A stretch of 63,447 bases of DNA, counting the filler, from an uncultured bacterium (GTDB taxonomy: Bacteria; Hinthialibacterota; Hinthialibacteria; Hinthialibacterales; Hinthialibacteraceae): NCBI GenBank assembly GCA_964449065.1. It is 3 parts of 3 records of this genome, joined end to end, with 100 filler letters (N's around TTAATTAATTAA, not from the genome) between each part and the next. Parts side by side here need not be neighbours in the genome. Positions count along the whole stretch, not along the records: positions 21,440 to 42,743 come from CAYVAZ010000047.1; positions 42,844 to 63,447 come from CAYVAZ010000050.1; 1 more part is not named here. The stretch is one strand, 5' to 3'. The notes below the pieces were generated by a model. The model did no database searches, was not told the origin of the DNA, and saw only the letters and a program-made list of their open reading frames with translations. Within the stretch, counting starts at the first letter, position 1, and every line of letters begins with the position of its first letter. Shown piece by piece: positions 35,348 to 45,751 of the stretch. The position numbers and the translations under genes were made by a program.

Positions 35348-37819
35348 ATGCGGTATTGCTTATTGGGTTCTTTCTTGTTTGTTCTTACGCATATCACGCT
35401 TGCTCAATCCGTGCAGGAATTGGTAAGCCAGGGGTCGGAGGCGTTTAATCAGCGGGATCATGTGACCGCATTGTATTACTTAGACCGCGCCCTAAGTCAT
35501 GAGGAATGGGATGCCTACAGCGGCAAAATGGATGTCTTTACCAAGATGGCGTATATTGAAGAAAGCGAAGGCCATTTTGAAGAAGCCGCCCGTCATTACC
35601 GCGACGCCCTGCGTACCCTGCCTGATACCGATGAAGAAAATCGCCTGCGGCTAGAGCAATACTACAAAACCCGCTATGCCAACACGCTGGATCGTTCCGG
35701 TTACTACCAAGCGGCAGAAACGATTTATTGGGATTTGTATGAAAAAGCCGATCTTTCTTCGAAAATACAACTGATTCAGCGGATCACAGAAAATTACGCC
35801 TATCAGGATATTACCACCCAGCAAATGAACCGGCTGCATGAAGAAATTGTTTCGCTGAATATCAATGCGTTGGGATGGGGATTGGCTGACTTGTATCGCA
35901 TTCAGGGCGATTATGATAAAGCCTATGAAATCTTTGACCAAATTTGGAGGACCACCCTTCCGCAGGCGGTCGATAACTATTTAGCCCTGGCAGAAGTTTA
36001 TGATCAAACCGAACGATTGGATTCGTTGGTCGAAGAAATCAAAGCCAATTTCAGTGCGTCACCCAAATCCATCGAACTGTATCTCTTGCTGAAGGGATAC
36101 CAAAACCAAAGTGAAGAGGCATTAGAAGAGTTGGAGCATTATTTGCGCTTGCTGCAATCCGGTCCCGCCATCGATGCAGGCGCATTGGTTGGCGCGGTCG
36201 AAAATCAACTGTTGGTTTCTTGGATCGAGATGATTGAAACAAACCGGAGTGTGGAAGCCGCAACCCAAAAAGTGCGGCAAATTGTCGATACCAATCCGAT
36301 GGATTTGGAATGGCGAAAACGGCTTTCGAATCTGTATTTGAAACAAGACAGGCAAGATCAAGCCGTGCGACTTTGGCTGGACTGGTTTCAATCGGATCAG
36401 TCCAATCCGTTTCAGCAGCTCAACGCGGTTGAGCAGATTTACCGCTTGGGATCGACAGAAAAAGCCCTGGAATTGTTTGAACGGCTGGAAGAAACCATTC
36501 CACCTTCGTTAAAACACATTGAAGCGAAATCGGCTTTGGAATTGGGATTGTATGACCAAGCCATATCCTCCTTCCAAATCGCTTCCATTTCCGCCAACGT
36601 CAATCCTTCCGGCATCACCAACATGATTTTGGAACACGCCAACACGCTGGTCGATCCGAAGCCGATGATGTCGTTGTTGGTCAAAGCGGCCAGCGGCAAC
36701 GCGTTTGATCAAACGCCAGTATGGCTGCGCGAAGCCTTAATTGAAAGCGGTGTGAAATACGGATTGCAAGAAGAAATCAATCAGATGTTGGGGCAGGATT
36801 CAAGCGGCCAATGGAAGTTTTATATCGCTGGCGCCGCCCAAAAATACGGACGAACCGATTGGGCGCGGTCGCTCTTGGAATCGGTCCCGCAAGAAAGTAT
36901 GCTGCGGCATGCCGCGGAAGAAAATTATATTGAACTGATTGGCGACAATCCTTCCATACCCAGCCAGCGCGAAGCAGCCGATTTGCTGCGGCCTGCCATC
37001 GCAGACATTATAGACGTAACAGACTCATTGGATTTATCAAAAGGCCAGCAACACAAGCTGTTTGAATATATGGATTACCGGTTGAATGCCTTTGAGCCGG
37101 GAGAAGCGTTAAAGGCTATCCGTTTAATTGAATCTTCCACTCCTTACAAACAGAAGAAATTAAGCGCGGCGGAAAAAGAACACCTATTTCTGAACCGCGC
37201 CAGAGCGCTGACTCAATTGGCTTCATTCGAGCCCGCGCTTGCGTTGTTGGATCAAATCGAACAGGTTCCCTACCGTTCGCAGGCGGAATTTTTGCAAGCG
37301 AAGATATGGCTGGCATTGAAAGAGTTAGAAAAAGCCGATCCGATTTTGCAATCGTTGGTGATTGACCGCAGCGATTGGCGGATGTCAAACAATGCGCTTT
37401 CGTATTTGGTGGCAATGGCCCCACTGGTGGGAGAACCGATGTCGGAATTTTTTACCCTGCAATCGTATCTTTTGCAGGGACGCTATAAAGAAGCGTTTCC
37501 CATCCTTCGGAGTTTGGCCGTCTCGCAATATGAGACCGATACGGAAGACTGGGCGCGCTATCAGGTCGGTGAACTCAAAGCCCGGATGGGCGATTGGGAA
37601 GGAGCGGTGGACGAATGGAAGCGCCTTCTTTTAGAAGTAGAACATCCTGTGTATCATGGCCTGATCCAATATCAATTCACCCGTTTGCCTTCGGAAGCAA
37701 GCGGTTTGGTGGAAAGCGCGTCGCACCGGCAAGAATTAATGGCCGAATTTCCCGACACGCTATTTAGTGATTTGACTCGGATCGAAACGGAAGAACGATT
37801 GAAAGGATTGACTCCATGA
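35348..37819 (+). CDS. Secreted TPR-repeat protein
   Basis: Signal peptide; multiple G.Y..A...Y helical repeats. Confidence 0.85.
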   Translation: MRYCLLGSFLFVLTHITLAQSVQELVSQGSEAFNQRDHVTALYYLDRALSHEEWDAYSGKMDVFTKMAYIEESEGHFEEAARHYRDALRTLPDTDEENRLRLEQYYKTRYANTLDRSGYYQAAETIYWDLYEKADLSSKIQLIQRITENYAYQDITTQQMNRLHEEIVSLNINALGWGLADLYRIQGDYDKAYEIFDQIWRTTLPQAVDNYLALAEVYDQTERLDSLVEEIKANFSASPKSIELYLLLKGYQNQSEEALEELEHYLRLLQSGPAIDAGALVGAVENQLLVSWIEMIETNRSVEAATQKVRQIVDTNPMDLEWRKRLSNLYLKQDRQDQAVRLWLDWFQSDQSNPFQQLNAVEQIYRLGSTEKALELFERLEETIPPSLKHIEAKSALELGLYDQAISSFQIASISANVNPSGITNMILEHANTLVDPKPMMSLLVKAASGNAFDQTPVWLREALIESGVKYGLQEEINQMLGQDSSGQWKFYIAGAAQKYGRTDWARSLLESVPQESMLRHAAEENYIELIGDNPSIPSQREAADLLRPAIADIIDVTDSLDLSKGQQHKLFEYMDYRLNAFEPGEALKAIRLIESSTPYKQKKLSAAEKEHLFLNRARALTQLASFEPALALLDQIEQVPYRSQAEFLQAKIWLALKELEKADPILQSLVIDRSDWRMSNNALSYLVAMAPLVGEPMSEFFTLQSYLLQGRYKEAFPILRSLAVSQYETDTEDWARYQVGELKARMGDWEGAVDEWKRLLLEVEHPVYHGLIQYQFTRLPSEASGLVESASHRQELMAEFPDTLFSDLTRIETEERLKGLTP

Positions 37820-38406
37820 ATCAAGACGCCGCAACATTTCCCATGCAGGAACAGGCAAAAAAAGAACCCCGGGGGATTCTCTTTGGGTTGGAAATATGGG
37901 AGATCGCCGTGATTGCCCTGTCGATCTTTTTGATTCTGTTCGTGGCCATTCCCAACTACTTTGGCGCGCTCTCCATGATGCGGGGGCAGGAGTGTTCACG
38001 CCGGTTGTTGCTGGTGGCGAATTCGCTGAAATACTTGGCCGTGCAAAACCAGGTCAAACCGGGCGAAAAAATTTGTGAACCGTTGGAACTCAATCAAACG
38101 TTAGACCTTGCCCAAGGCGCGCTAAAAATCGAAGGAAGCATGGAATATGTGCCGGCGTTTTTCCGGTATGGAACCGAACCGGACTGCTCGGACGGGGGCG
38201 ATTTTAATGTGAATTTTTATTTAGGCGAAGACGGTGAAATCGTTCCACCCACATGCAATCGGTTTGATGAGATCGGTGCGGATTATTGCCGGGAACACAA
38301 CATGCACTTCTGCGATATGTCGCAAGTCGATGGCGTTTTGACGGAAGAACAGGAAAACGCGAAAACGGGAACGCAAGAAGAGCCGGACCAACCGGCTGAA
38401 GAATAA
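37816..38406 (+). CDS. Pilin/pseudopilin-like protein
   Basis: G-LEIWE followed by hydrophobic helix ending AIPNY, then C..L; Cys-rich C-terminus. Confidence 0.65.
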   Translation: MNQDAATFPMQEQAKKEPRGILFGLEIWEIAVIALSIFLILFVAIPNYFGALSMMRGQECSRRLLLVANSLKYLAVQNQVKPGEKICEPLELNQTLDLAQGALKIEGSMEYVPAFFRYGTEPDCSDGGDFNVNFYLGEDGEIVPPTCNRFDEIGADYCREHNMHFCDMSQVDGVLTEEQENAKTGTQEEPDQPAEE

Positions 38407-38439
38407 TACGCATACCATATCAACATAACCGGCAAGATC

Positions 38440-39858
38440 ATGGCTGTAATATTAGTTGCTGATGACGAAGCAAAATTCCGCAAAATCTTAACCCTCACCT
38501 TAATGGAAGAAGGGCATGAAATCTTAGAAGCCGGAGACGCGGAAGAAGCCATACGGATTATCAAGCAATCCACCGTTAGCTTGGCGATCACCGATTTGCG
38601 GATGCCGGGCGGCGGCGGCATGGCCGTGTTGGAAGCGGTTCAAAAAGCCAACTATTACATTCCCATCATTATTCTCACCGCCTACGGAACCATCGAAAAT
38701 GCCGTCGAAACCTTAAAGCGCGGCGCCCATGACTATCTGTTAAAACCCTGCGATTTAGAAGAATTAAAACTGAGTGTGCGGAAAGCATTGCAAATGCAGC
38801 ACCTGGAAATGGAGAACCTGTATTTGCGCAATGAATTGGATGTACGCTATGGCAGCAGCATCTTGATGGGAAACTCTCCCGCCATTTCGCAAGTGCAAGA
38901 ATCCATCAAACGGATCGCAGCCAGCGATGGTTGTGTGCTGATTCGGGGCGAAACCGGAACGGGGAAAGAATTGGCTGCCCGCGCCGTTCATAAACAAAGC
39001 CCCCGCGCCTCGCAGCCGTTTGTGACCGTTAAGTGTTCTTCCACCCCGGCGGATTTATTGGATGTAGAACTGTTTGGAAAAGTTCGCAACGTTCGGGTGC
39101 CGAGTTCGTCTACGACGTCCGGCAAATTTGAATTGGCCGGACAAGGAACCATTTTTTTGGATGAAATCGGTGGAATCCCGCCGCGGTTGCAGGGGCGGCT
39201 GCTGCGGGCGATCGAGGAGCGCGAGATCGAACCGGTAGGCGGTTCCAGAAGCCACAAAATTCACGCGCGGATTATTGCCGGTACCAGTTCGGACTTAGAA
39301 GAAAAAGTGCGGAAAGATGAATTCCGCTCGGATTTGTATTTCCGCTTGAATGTGCTTCCCATCTCAATACCACCCTTACGGGAACGAAAAGAAGATATCC
39401 CCGCGTTGATCAATCACTTCATTCGCCTGAAATCGGATAACCGGCCGAATGTGCAATTTTCCCCCAAAGATTTGGAACCCTTGACGCGCTATCATTGGCC
39501 CGGAAATGTGCGGGAACTGGAAAATATGGTGGAACGCGCAGTAGTACTGGGCACAACGGATATGAGTGTGTTGATGCCCACCATGCACCCGCCGATGTCC
39601 CAGGCTTCGCAAATGCAGTTTCACGCCAAAGAGCTAATGGGATTAACCTACAAAGAAGCCAAAAAATATGTGCTGGATGACTTTGAACAACGGTATTTTT
39701 CTTCCTTGCTTAGTCAAACCGGCGGCAATGTTTCACGCGCGGCCGAAAAAGCGAAAATTCACCGGAAGAATATGCATGTGAAATTGAACGAACTTGAACT
39801 GGATCCCAAACAGTTTTCTCAACCGGATGAAGGTTCGGAGACTTCTTCAAACGGTTGA
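38440..39858 (+). CDS. NtrC-family response regulator (REC-AAA+-Fis HTH) lacking GAFTGA
   Basis: ADDE, TDLRMP, GETGTGKE, FLDEIG, FRSDLYFRL, WPGNVRELEN, GNVSRAA. Confidence 0.93.
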   Translation: MAVILVADDEAKFRKILTLTLMEEGHEILEAGDAEEAIRIIKQSTVSLAITDLRMPGGGGMAVLEAVQKANYYIPIIILTAYGTIENAVETLKRGAHDYLLKPCDLEELKLSVRKALQMQHLEMENLYLRNELDVRYGSSILMGNSPAISQVQESIKRIAASDGCVLIRGETGTGKELAARAVHKQSPRASQPFVTVKCSSTPADLLDVELFGKVRNVRVPSSSTTSGKFELAGQGTIFLDEIGGIPPRLQGRLLRAIEEREIEPVGGSRSHKIHARIIAGTSSDLEEKVRKDEFRSDLYFRLNVLPISIPPLRERKEDIPALINHFIRLKSDNRPNVQFSPKDLEPLTRYHWPGNVRELENMVERAVVLGTTDMSVLMPTMHPPMSQASQMQFHAKELMGLTYKEAKKYVLDDFEQRYFSSLLSQTGGNVSRAAEKAKIHRKNMHVKLNELELDPKQFSQPDEGSETSSNG

Positions 39859-40535
39859 TGCTCATCAAACACCGGCTTAACAATAACCCTCACCGTTGAA
39901 CCGTCGCTGGGGAGTTCTTTTTCTTTGGCCATAAAGGTTTGGCGGTCTTTGGCTTGGTCGCGTATGGTGTAGGCGGCGTTGCTGGTTCGGCCGCCGGGGC
40001 AGGAAAACAGGCAGGTTACGCATCCCGATTCCCAAACCGAGATCAATTCTTCGTGACCGCCGAAGCGGATTTGAAAATCGGACGGAGATGCGTCTGCAAA
40101 CAACTCATACGCCGGTTTGTATTCTTGCTCCCATTGCACAAAAATATCCAAGGGTGTACCTTCGACGTTTTGATCCGGCGCGTCGGATTGGGGATTGTTG
40201 CGTTCATCCCAAGCGGCTGTGGTTAGATTGTTGCCGGGAACGGCGCCCAAGGCTTCCAGGCCGGATAAAATTTGATGATCCGGAACTTCGGTGTTGATGA
40301 GCGCTTTCTTCGCGTTGCTGCCGCCGCTATACACGATAAAGTGATGGCCTTTGACGCGGTCGGAGCGGGTATTGTAGCGGTGGGGATAGATTTTTCCGGC
40401 GAAGGTGATTTGGGTGTTGGCAAGATCAATCTGCAAGGTGTTGGGGTCCTCTTGTACACAACCGGCGGTAATCATGGTATAAATAACCAGCACAGCGATT
40501 GTGTGGAATTGAAATCGATGTCGGATGGTTTTCAT
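39819..40535 (-). CDS. YdjY-like lipoprotein
   Basis: Lipobox ITAGC; H.IV..GG.N...A, GA.PGNN, GCVTCLFSCPGG. Confidence 0.75.
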   Translation of the reverse strand: MKTIRHRFQFHTIAVLVIYTMITAGCVQEDPNTLQIDLANTQITFAGKIYPHRYNTRSDRVKGHHFIVYSGGSNAKKALINTEVPDHQILSGLEALGAVPGNNLTTAAWDERNNPQSDAPDQNVEGTPLDIFVQWEQEYKPAYELFADASPSDFQIRFGGHEELISVWESGCVTCLFSCPGGRTSNAAYTIRDQAKDRQTFMAKEKELPSDGSTVRVIVKPVFDEHQPFEEVSEPSSG

Positions 40536-40546
40536 TTGTAAATCTC

Positions 40547-41905
40547 ATGAATCAAAAATGGAATGCGCTCAAACTACCCTTAGCTGTCACGCTGCTTTCG
40601 ATTGCTATCTTAACACTGTTTATCGGAAAAAAGCACGGTTACACCGTGGATGCGAATGCCTCGTTCGCGATTACGCAAGCGATGGCCGCCACGGGCAACC
40701 CGTTTCCGGAGACCGCGGTGAAGCAGGGGTATTTGTACTCGATTATTTATCTCCCGTTCTACTTCCTTGCTCAGCCGCTTCATGTACTGTTGCCCGATGT
40801 TCCACTTGAGCACTTGCAGCGCAAAATGCTGTGTTGGATGAACACGGTGTTCGCCGCACTAACGGCGGGCGTGATGTGCCGCCTGCTTCGGACGCTCGGT
40901 TATTCGAAATTGGTGCAAAGTGTATTGCCGCTTTTTTTTGTATTCAGTACGCTTGCGTTTACCTATGCCCGCTATGATTATAATAAATCTCTTGCCATGT
41001 TTCTATTGCTTTCATGTCTTCATTTTATCATTACCTATTTGATAAACCAAAACAAATCCCGCTTATTATTCAGCGGACTATTTCTAGCGGTATTGGTATG
41101 CATTCGGCTGGAAATGGGGATCATTGTTTTGCCTTTTTTGTATGCCCTCTTTCAAAACAAGAGCTTGAAATCCTCCGCTTTTCTATTGGTTCCATTTTCA
41201 TTCGGTGTGCTGTTTGTGTTTGGATACAACGTCATCTATTGGCAGGCAGAATTATCTGGGGGCTATGAGGGGTCGTTTACTCTCAATCCTATCCCCGCGA
41301 TAGCCGGCGTTCTATTCTCTCCCGGAAAGAGTTTGTTTGTGTTTAATCCGGCGCTGTTGTTGGTGCCGCTGACCATCCGCTTTTTTTGGCAGCGGCATGC
41401 AACTCCGGTGAAAACAGCATGGTTGGGGACGGTAGGTATTTTGTTTTTTCTGTATTGCTTTTGGGGCAATTGGTGGGGAGGCTGGGGCTATGGCGCGCGG
41501 CACTTTATGCCGTTGATCCCTTTGATGATGCTGCCGCTGGCCGAGTGTTTTTTGGGGGAAGGCAGGCGTTTATTGATCCCCCTATTGGTGTTGGCCGGCA
41601 TTGGTGTGATTGTCCAGTTTGTAGGGGCGGCGATCGCGTTTCATGATGTGATCAACACGTTAATGCGCAATGGATTTACCGAGCAGCAGCTGATATGGGA
41701 ACCGCTGCTGATTCCCGTGTTTCAGCACGTGCGGTTTATGCAGGCTATCCCGTTGCCAAATTGGGATTTCGCGGTTGTATCCCTCTATAATCACCATCCG
41801 CCAATCGTGGCTTTTATGGTAATAAGCATTGCAATCGCCTTGAGCGGTGTACTTATTTTTTGGATATACAAACAGATTACAAATGAATCAGACAATATCG
41901 AATAG
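40547..41905 (+). CDS. GT-C-like multi-pass membrane protein
   Basis: LFSPGKSLF.FNP, WWGGWGYGARH..P motifs; many TM. Confidence 0.8.
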   Translation: MNQKWNALKLPLAVTLLSIAILTLFIGKKHGYTVDANASFAITQAMAATGNPFPETAVKQGYLYSIIYLPFYFLAQPLHVLLPDVPLEHLQRKMLCWMNTVFAALTAGVMCRLLRTLGYSKLVQSVLPLFFVFSTLAFTYARYDYNKSLAMFLLLSCLHFIITYLINQNKSRLLFSGLFLAVLVCIRLEMGIIVLPFLYALFQNKSLKSSAFLLVPFSFGVLFVFGYNVIYWQAELSGGYEGSFTLNPIPAIAGVLFSPGKSLFVFNPALLLVPLTIRFFWQRHATPVKTAWLGTVGILFFLYCFWGNWWGGWGYGARHFMPLIPLMMLPLAECFLGEGRRLLIPLLVLAGIGVIVQFVGAAIAFHDVINTLMRNGFTEQQLIWEPLLIPVFQHVRFMQAIPLPNWDFAVVSLYNHHPPIVAFMVISIAIALSGVLIFWIYKQITNESDNIE

Positions 41906-42743
41906 CCCGCACTATTTAATCATCGCGCACGGCAGCCGTTCGGAGAAATGGAACGGGGCGATACATGAATTTGTTAAACAAATTCAGCAAGTAAACGAAC
42001 AAAACGGGCCGGCATTCGGCAATATATCTTGCTGCTATTTGGAACACGCCGAGCCTTCGATACCGGCCGCATTGCAGGCGTTGTCTCAGTCAGAACAACA
42101 TGTGATTGCGATACCGTTTTTTTTGGCGCCGGGGGTGCATGTGCAGCGGGATGTACCGGAGTTGGTAAAAGAAGCGGGAAAAATGGTGCGGCAGGATGGA
42201 GAGTATATTCATGTAAAAATAGACCGGGCCGATGTGCATCTGATACCGCATTTTGCCGAAGCGGAGTTGTTGGCGGAGAATGCGGTTCACCGCCTGAAAC
42301 AAAGAACGCCGGGGACGGATACCGGTTTGGTATTGGTGTATTATGGCTCGAAGCGGTATCCGGGCATTTGGAACGCGCTCATGCGGGATGTGGAATCAAA
42401 AATTAAACAGCAATTAGACACAATTCAAATCCGCAGTGTATATGCCGGTGATTCCGTGGATTTTTCTCCCCAGCCGTTGGTGGATGCGATGAACGCGCTG
42501 GAAAAATCTTGCAGTCAACTTGTCATTTTACCGATGTTGATTGCGGTTGGGGTGATCCAAACAGAAGTGGTTCCCAAAGCGTTAGAACAGGCAAATGTCC
42601 AAGCGCAGGTGATTTCCCCGCAGGATTCGATCCTACCGGATGCGGAATTGGCGCAACGGATTTGGCGGCATGGGGTATCCTATTTAAGTAACTCACGTTA
42701 CGCACTACATTATGATATGCCCGTTTTTCTAATCGTTCGCTGA
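41883..42743 (+). CDS. CbiX/SirB-type chelatase-like protein
   Basis: IAHGSR, YLEHAEPSI, PFFLAPGVHVQRDVP; second domain lacks the His; 3' end runs into a repeat next to the gap. Confidence 0.8.
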   Translation: MNQTISNSPHYLIIAHGSRSEKWNGAIHEFVKQIQQVNEQNGPAFGNISCCYLEHAEPSIPAALQALSQSEQHVIAIPFFLAPGVHVQRDVPELVKEAGKMVRQDGEYIHVKIDRADVHLIPHFAEAELLAENAVHRLKQRTPGTDTGLVLVYYGSKRYPGIWNALMRDVESKIKQQLDTIQIRSVYAGDSVDFSPQPLVDAMNALEKSCSQLVILPMLIAVGVIQTEVVPKALEQANVQAQVISPQDSILPDAELAQRIWRHGVSYLSNSRYALHYDMPVFLIVR

Positions 42744-42843
42744 NNNNNNNNNNNNNNNNNNNNNNNNNNNNNNNNNNNNNNNNNNNNTTAATTAATTAAN
42801 NNNNNNNNNNNNNNNNNNNNNNNNNNNNNNNNNNNNNNNNNNN
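42744..42843. other. Assembly gap with artificial TTAATTAATTAA linker
   Basis: N-run, linker, N-run. Confidence 0.98.
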
Positions 42844-42943
42844 GGAGAAGACGATAGACACTGCGTTTGACTGAGAATAGTTGGCTCACAACAAAAACTA
42901 TTTTTCAAGCAATCGTCAATCATTGATTGCGTAACATCAGTTA
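42844..42943. repeat. Family C element, right arm
   Basis: Near-identical to 21440-21530. Confidence 0.88.
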
Positions 42944-42944
42944 T

Positions 42945-45557
42945 TTAATACAATTTCCCGGTAATTTCCAATAGGCTTTTTTGCCCTTCCCAATAGTGGG
43001 GATACTCTTCCAACAATTCCAACAACTCTTTCTTTGCTTTATTTTTTTCTTCCGCCTTTCGCAGCAGCGACACCCGTTCCATGCGGTGTTCGATGGCATA
43101 TTGCGGTTCCAAATAGATTCTCTTCTTTACTACGTCTGCCGCCTTTGAATAGTTACCGGTATGATCCAACGCCCGTTGATACAAGTTCAATATTTCTTCA
43201 TCAAAGGGGTCAATCCCTATCGCCCAATCGCAAACCCGCGCTATCTTCTCCCATTCTTCATCTTGAATCAAAAGCCCGATCAATTTCTTTCCGGCAGGAT
43301 AATAGGCCGGCTCATAATCCATGATCTTCCATAAGGTCTCTTCCCGTTTCCCGGGCTGATCCGATTGTTCATAAACGCCGGCTAATAAAACCAATGGAGA
43401 CATCGATCCCGTCAGTTCCGGGAACAACTCATGCGCTTCTTGCAGCAACGTCTCCGCTTCTTTCCACTGTTCATCCTCCATCGCGGTAAGCGCGGTTTTC
43501 ATCGTATTCGTAAAGGGAGAATCCAAATCAAACCAGGATGTCTGTTGCTCCCGGTGGCGCTCAACGATCTCCATCACATCTTTGTTTTCATGATCTTCTT
43601 CCGGAACATCGGGGATATTATCCAAAATAGACAGACGATTTATTAAATACTCATGAAACGCGCCATTCACTTCATCCACCGTTTTCTCCGCGCCATCCGC
43701 CAGCGCCTTTGGAGTCTTTTTACCCATCCCTATGGCATCCAAAGCGGAATTCAACGCGCCCATTCCATACGCATCCACATAAAACCGTGCAAACTCACCG
43801 GATAAAAAGTATCCCAGTTGGATGTGATTGGATGTCTTCGGCTGCGTAAACATTAACTCCAACTCAACCATGCCGGGCAAATCATCCCGGTCGATAATCG
43901 CCTTATACGATGGATCCAATTTCTGTCCGAATGCCTTCGAATATTCCGTCTCCTCATATACCGATATCCCTTCCGATAACCAACGCGGCATCCGGTTATT
44001 GGTTTTTTGCAGCGTGATGACATGCACAAACTCATGCCACAAAACCGATCGCCAGTTCATACTGTGTTTCGGCCGTGCCGTGGGCGAATCCATCGTCACC
44101 AAATGTCCGAAACATATTCCCATAAACCCGATGCTTCCGGGCAGGCCGACCGACCGCACCATGAAATCATCATGGTGATCAAATATTTCTATATAAACCG
44201 GAGTCTCCAATTCAATCTCGTATTTCTTCTGATAGGTTTTGTAGGCATTCATCAGTAACGAAATCACTTCATCCTCTAAAAACGGTGTCTCTTGCTTTGG
44301 CATCTTTATCACGAACGGTCCGGCTTCAATTGTCTGATAAGTTTTTAATGTATCCAGCAATTCCAGCATGTTATAAACTTGCACATTAAATGGATCCTTC
44401 TCAAACACGATATCCAATTGTTCTTTTCCTGCGTCAGCCTTGCCCAAGCGCATCAAAGCCATCGCATACAGTTCCCTTGCTTCCAAATCATCCGGGTTAA
44501 TCTCCAACGCTTTCTTCTGCCATTCCGCTGCTTCTTGAAAACGGTATTTCTGCGTGGCCATCTCACCCACCGCCCGGTAGGCGCCCGAATAAACCGGATT
44601 AAAGTTCAATATCCGCTTCTGCGTGCTTTCCATTTCCTCAAACTCATCTCGCAAAAAATGAGCCGAAGCCTTTAACGACAGCACTTCCAACTGATTCGGA
44701 TTCACCGCAAGTACCTGATTGATCCTCGCTAATGCTTCTTCCTCTTCCCCGGATTCTAACTGCCGCGCGATCAGCAAAGCGTTCCCCTTATAGTTCATCG
44801 GGTTAATTTCTAACAGATCGGTGATGGTTTTTTGCGCGCGCGGATCCCCGCTGGCGAGGTAACATTCCGCCAAGCCGGCCAGGGCATTTTGATTTTTCTC
44901 ATGCAAGGCTAAGGCCTGAACAAAATAATCCTCCGCCAAAGCATAATCGCCTTTGCTCAACGCCAATTCCCCGGCACCTACATACCCTTTTTGAAAACTC
45001 GGAAAGCTCTCAATCAGATTGGAGTAAAAGGAAGACAATAAGACTTTTGGATTTTCACCTTGCAGTTCTGAAACCTTTGCAATCGCGGCCACATTATCTC
45101 CCCGGTAATAAAAATACCAGCGAAACTGCGCTTCCGTCATCGCCCGGTCTAACAATTCGTTGGACCGGTCCATCTCGCCCTTATATTGATGAAACTGCGC
45201 CAATCGCAACGTGGATGCCGGTTCCCGCACCCGGTTGGCCAAAACTTCCATATCTTCGATGGCGCCATCAATGTCTCCGGTCAAAAACTTCAGCTGAGAC
45301 CGGTCATCCAGCCATTGCAAATAGCGGTAGGCTTTGATTCGTTCCAAATCTTCCCGAGAATCGATTAGACTCTCCAAAATTTCCAGAGCGTCTCTATAGT
45401 GGCCTTGTTCCCATTTGTCTTTGTATTGCTGGGTTATCTCATTGATTTCACTGATCTGAGAATAACTCAATCTTGGACAGAGTGATACAACACATACTGA
45501 AAGGATAAAATAACATAGAAATTCTATGAACGAATTTGGTTTTCTTCTCATACACAA
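42945..45557 (-). CDS. TPR protein with gluzincin (peptidase MA-like) domain
   Basis: Signal peptide, TPRs, VLWHEFVHV..PRWLSEGIS. Confidence 0.88.
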   Translation of the reverse strand: MCMRRKPNSFIEFLCYFILSVCVVSLCPRLSYSQISEINEITQQYKDKWEQGHYRDALEILESLIDSREDLERIKAYRYLQWLDDRSQLKFLTGDIDGAIEDMEVLANRVREPASTLRLAQFHQYKGEMDRSNELLDRAMTEAQFRWYFYYRGDNVAAIAKVSELQGENPKVLLSSFYSNLIESFPSFQKGYVGAGELALSKGDYALAEDYFVQALALHEKNQNALAGLAECYLASGDPRAQKTITDLLEINPMNYKGNALLIARQLESGEEEEALARINQVLAVNPNQLEVLSLKASAHFLRDEFEEMESTQKRILNFNPVYSGAYRAVGEMATQKYRFQEAAEWQKKALEINPDDLEARELYAMALMRLGKADAGKEQLDIVFEKDPFNVQVYNMLELLDTLKTYQTIEAGPFVIKMPKQETPFLEDEVISLLMNAYKTYQKKYEIELETPVYIEIFDHHDDFMVRSVGLPGSIGFMGICFGHLVTMDSPTARPKHSMNWRSVLWHEFVHVITLQKTNNRMPRWLSEGISVYEETEYSKAFGQKLDPSYKAIIDRDDLPGMVELELMFTQPKTSNHIQLGYFLSGEFARFYVDAYGMGALNSALDAIGMGKKTPKALADGAEKTVDEVNGAFHEYLINRLSILDNIPDVPEEDHENKDVMEIVERHREQQTSWFDLDSPFTNTMKTALTAMEDEQWKEAETLLQEAHELFPELTGSMSPLVLLAGVYEQSDQPGKREETLWKIMDYEPAYYPAGKKLIGLLIQDEEWEKIARVCDWAIGIDPFDEEILNLYQRALDHTGNYSKAADVVKKRIYLEPQYAIEHRMERVSLLRKAEEKNKAKKELLELLEEYPHYWEGQKSLLEITGKLY

Positions 45558-45611
45558 TCCCGATCAATTTGTTCTAGCTTATCATAATCATAATCTAAAA
45601 TCCAAAAAATA

Positions 45612-45649
45612 CAAAAGAAAAGCCTCTGAGTACAAAGTCTCAAAGGCTT
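45612..45649 (-). terminator. Possible intrinsic terminator after DUF4914 gene
   Basis: AAGCCT.TGAG/CTCA.AGGCTT stem followed on the minus strand by T-rich run. Confidence 0.45.
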
Positions 45650-45751
45650 GGAAAAATGTTTCATATTGACCGGTATTTTTTGCATCAATAAAAAAAACAA
45701 TTTCAAAAATGAGTTTCAAAAAATCATTTCATCCCTAATCTCTAATCCCCA

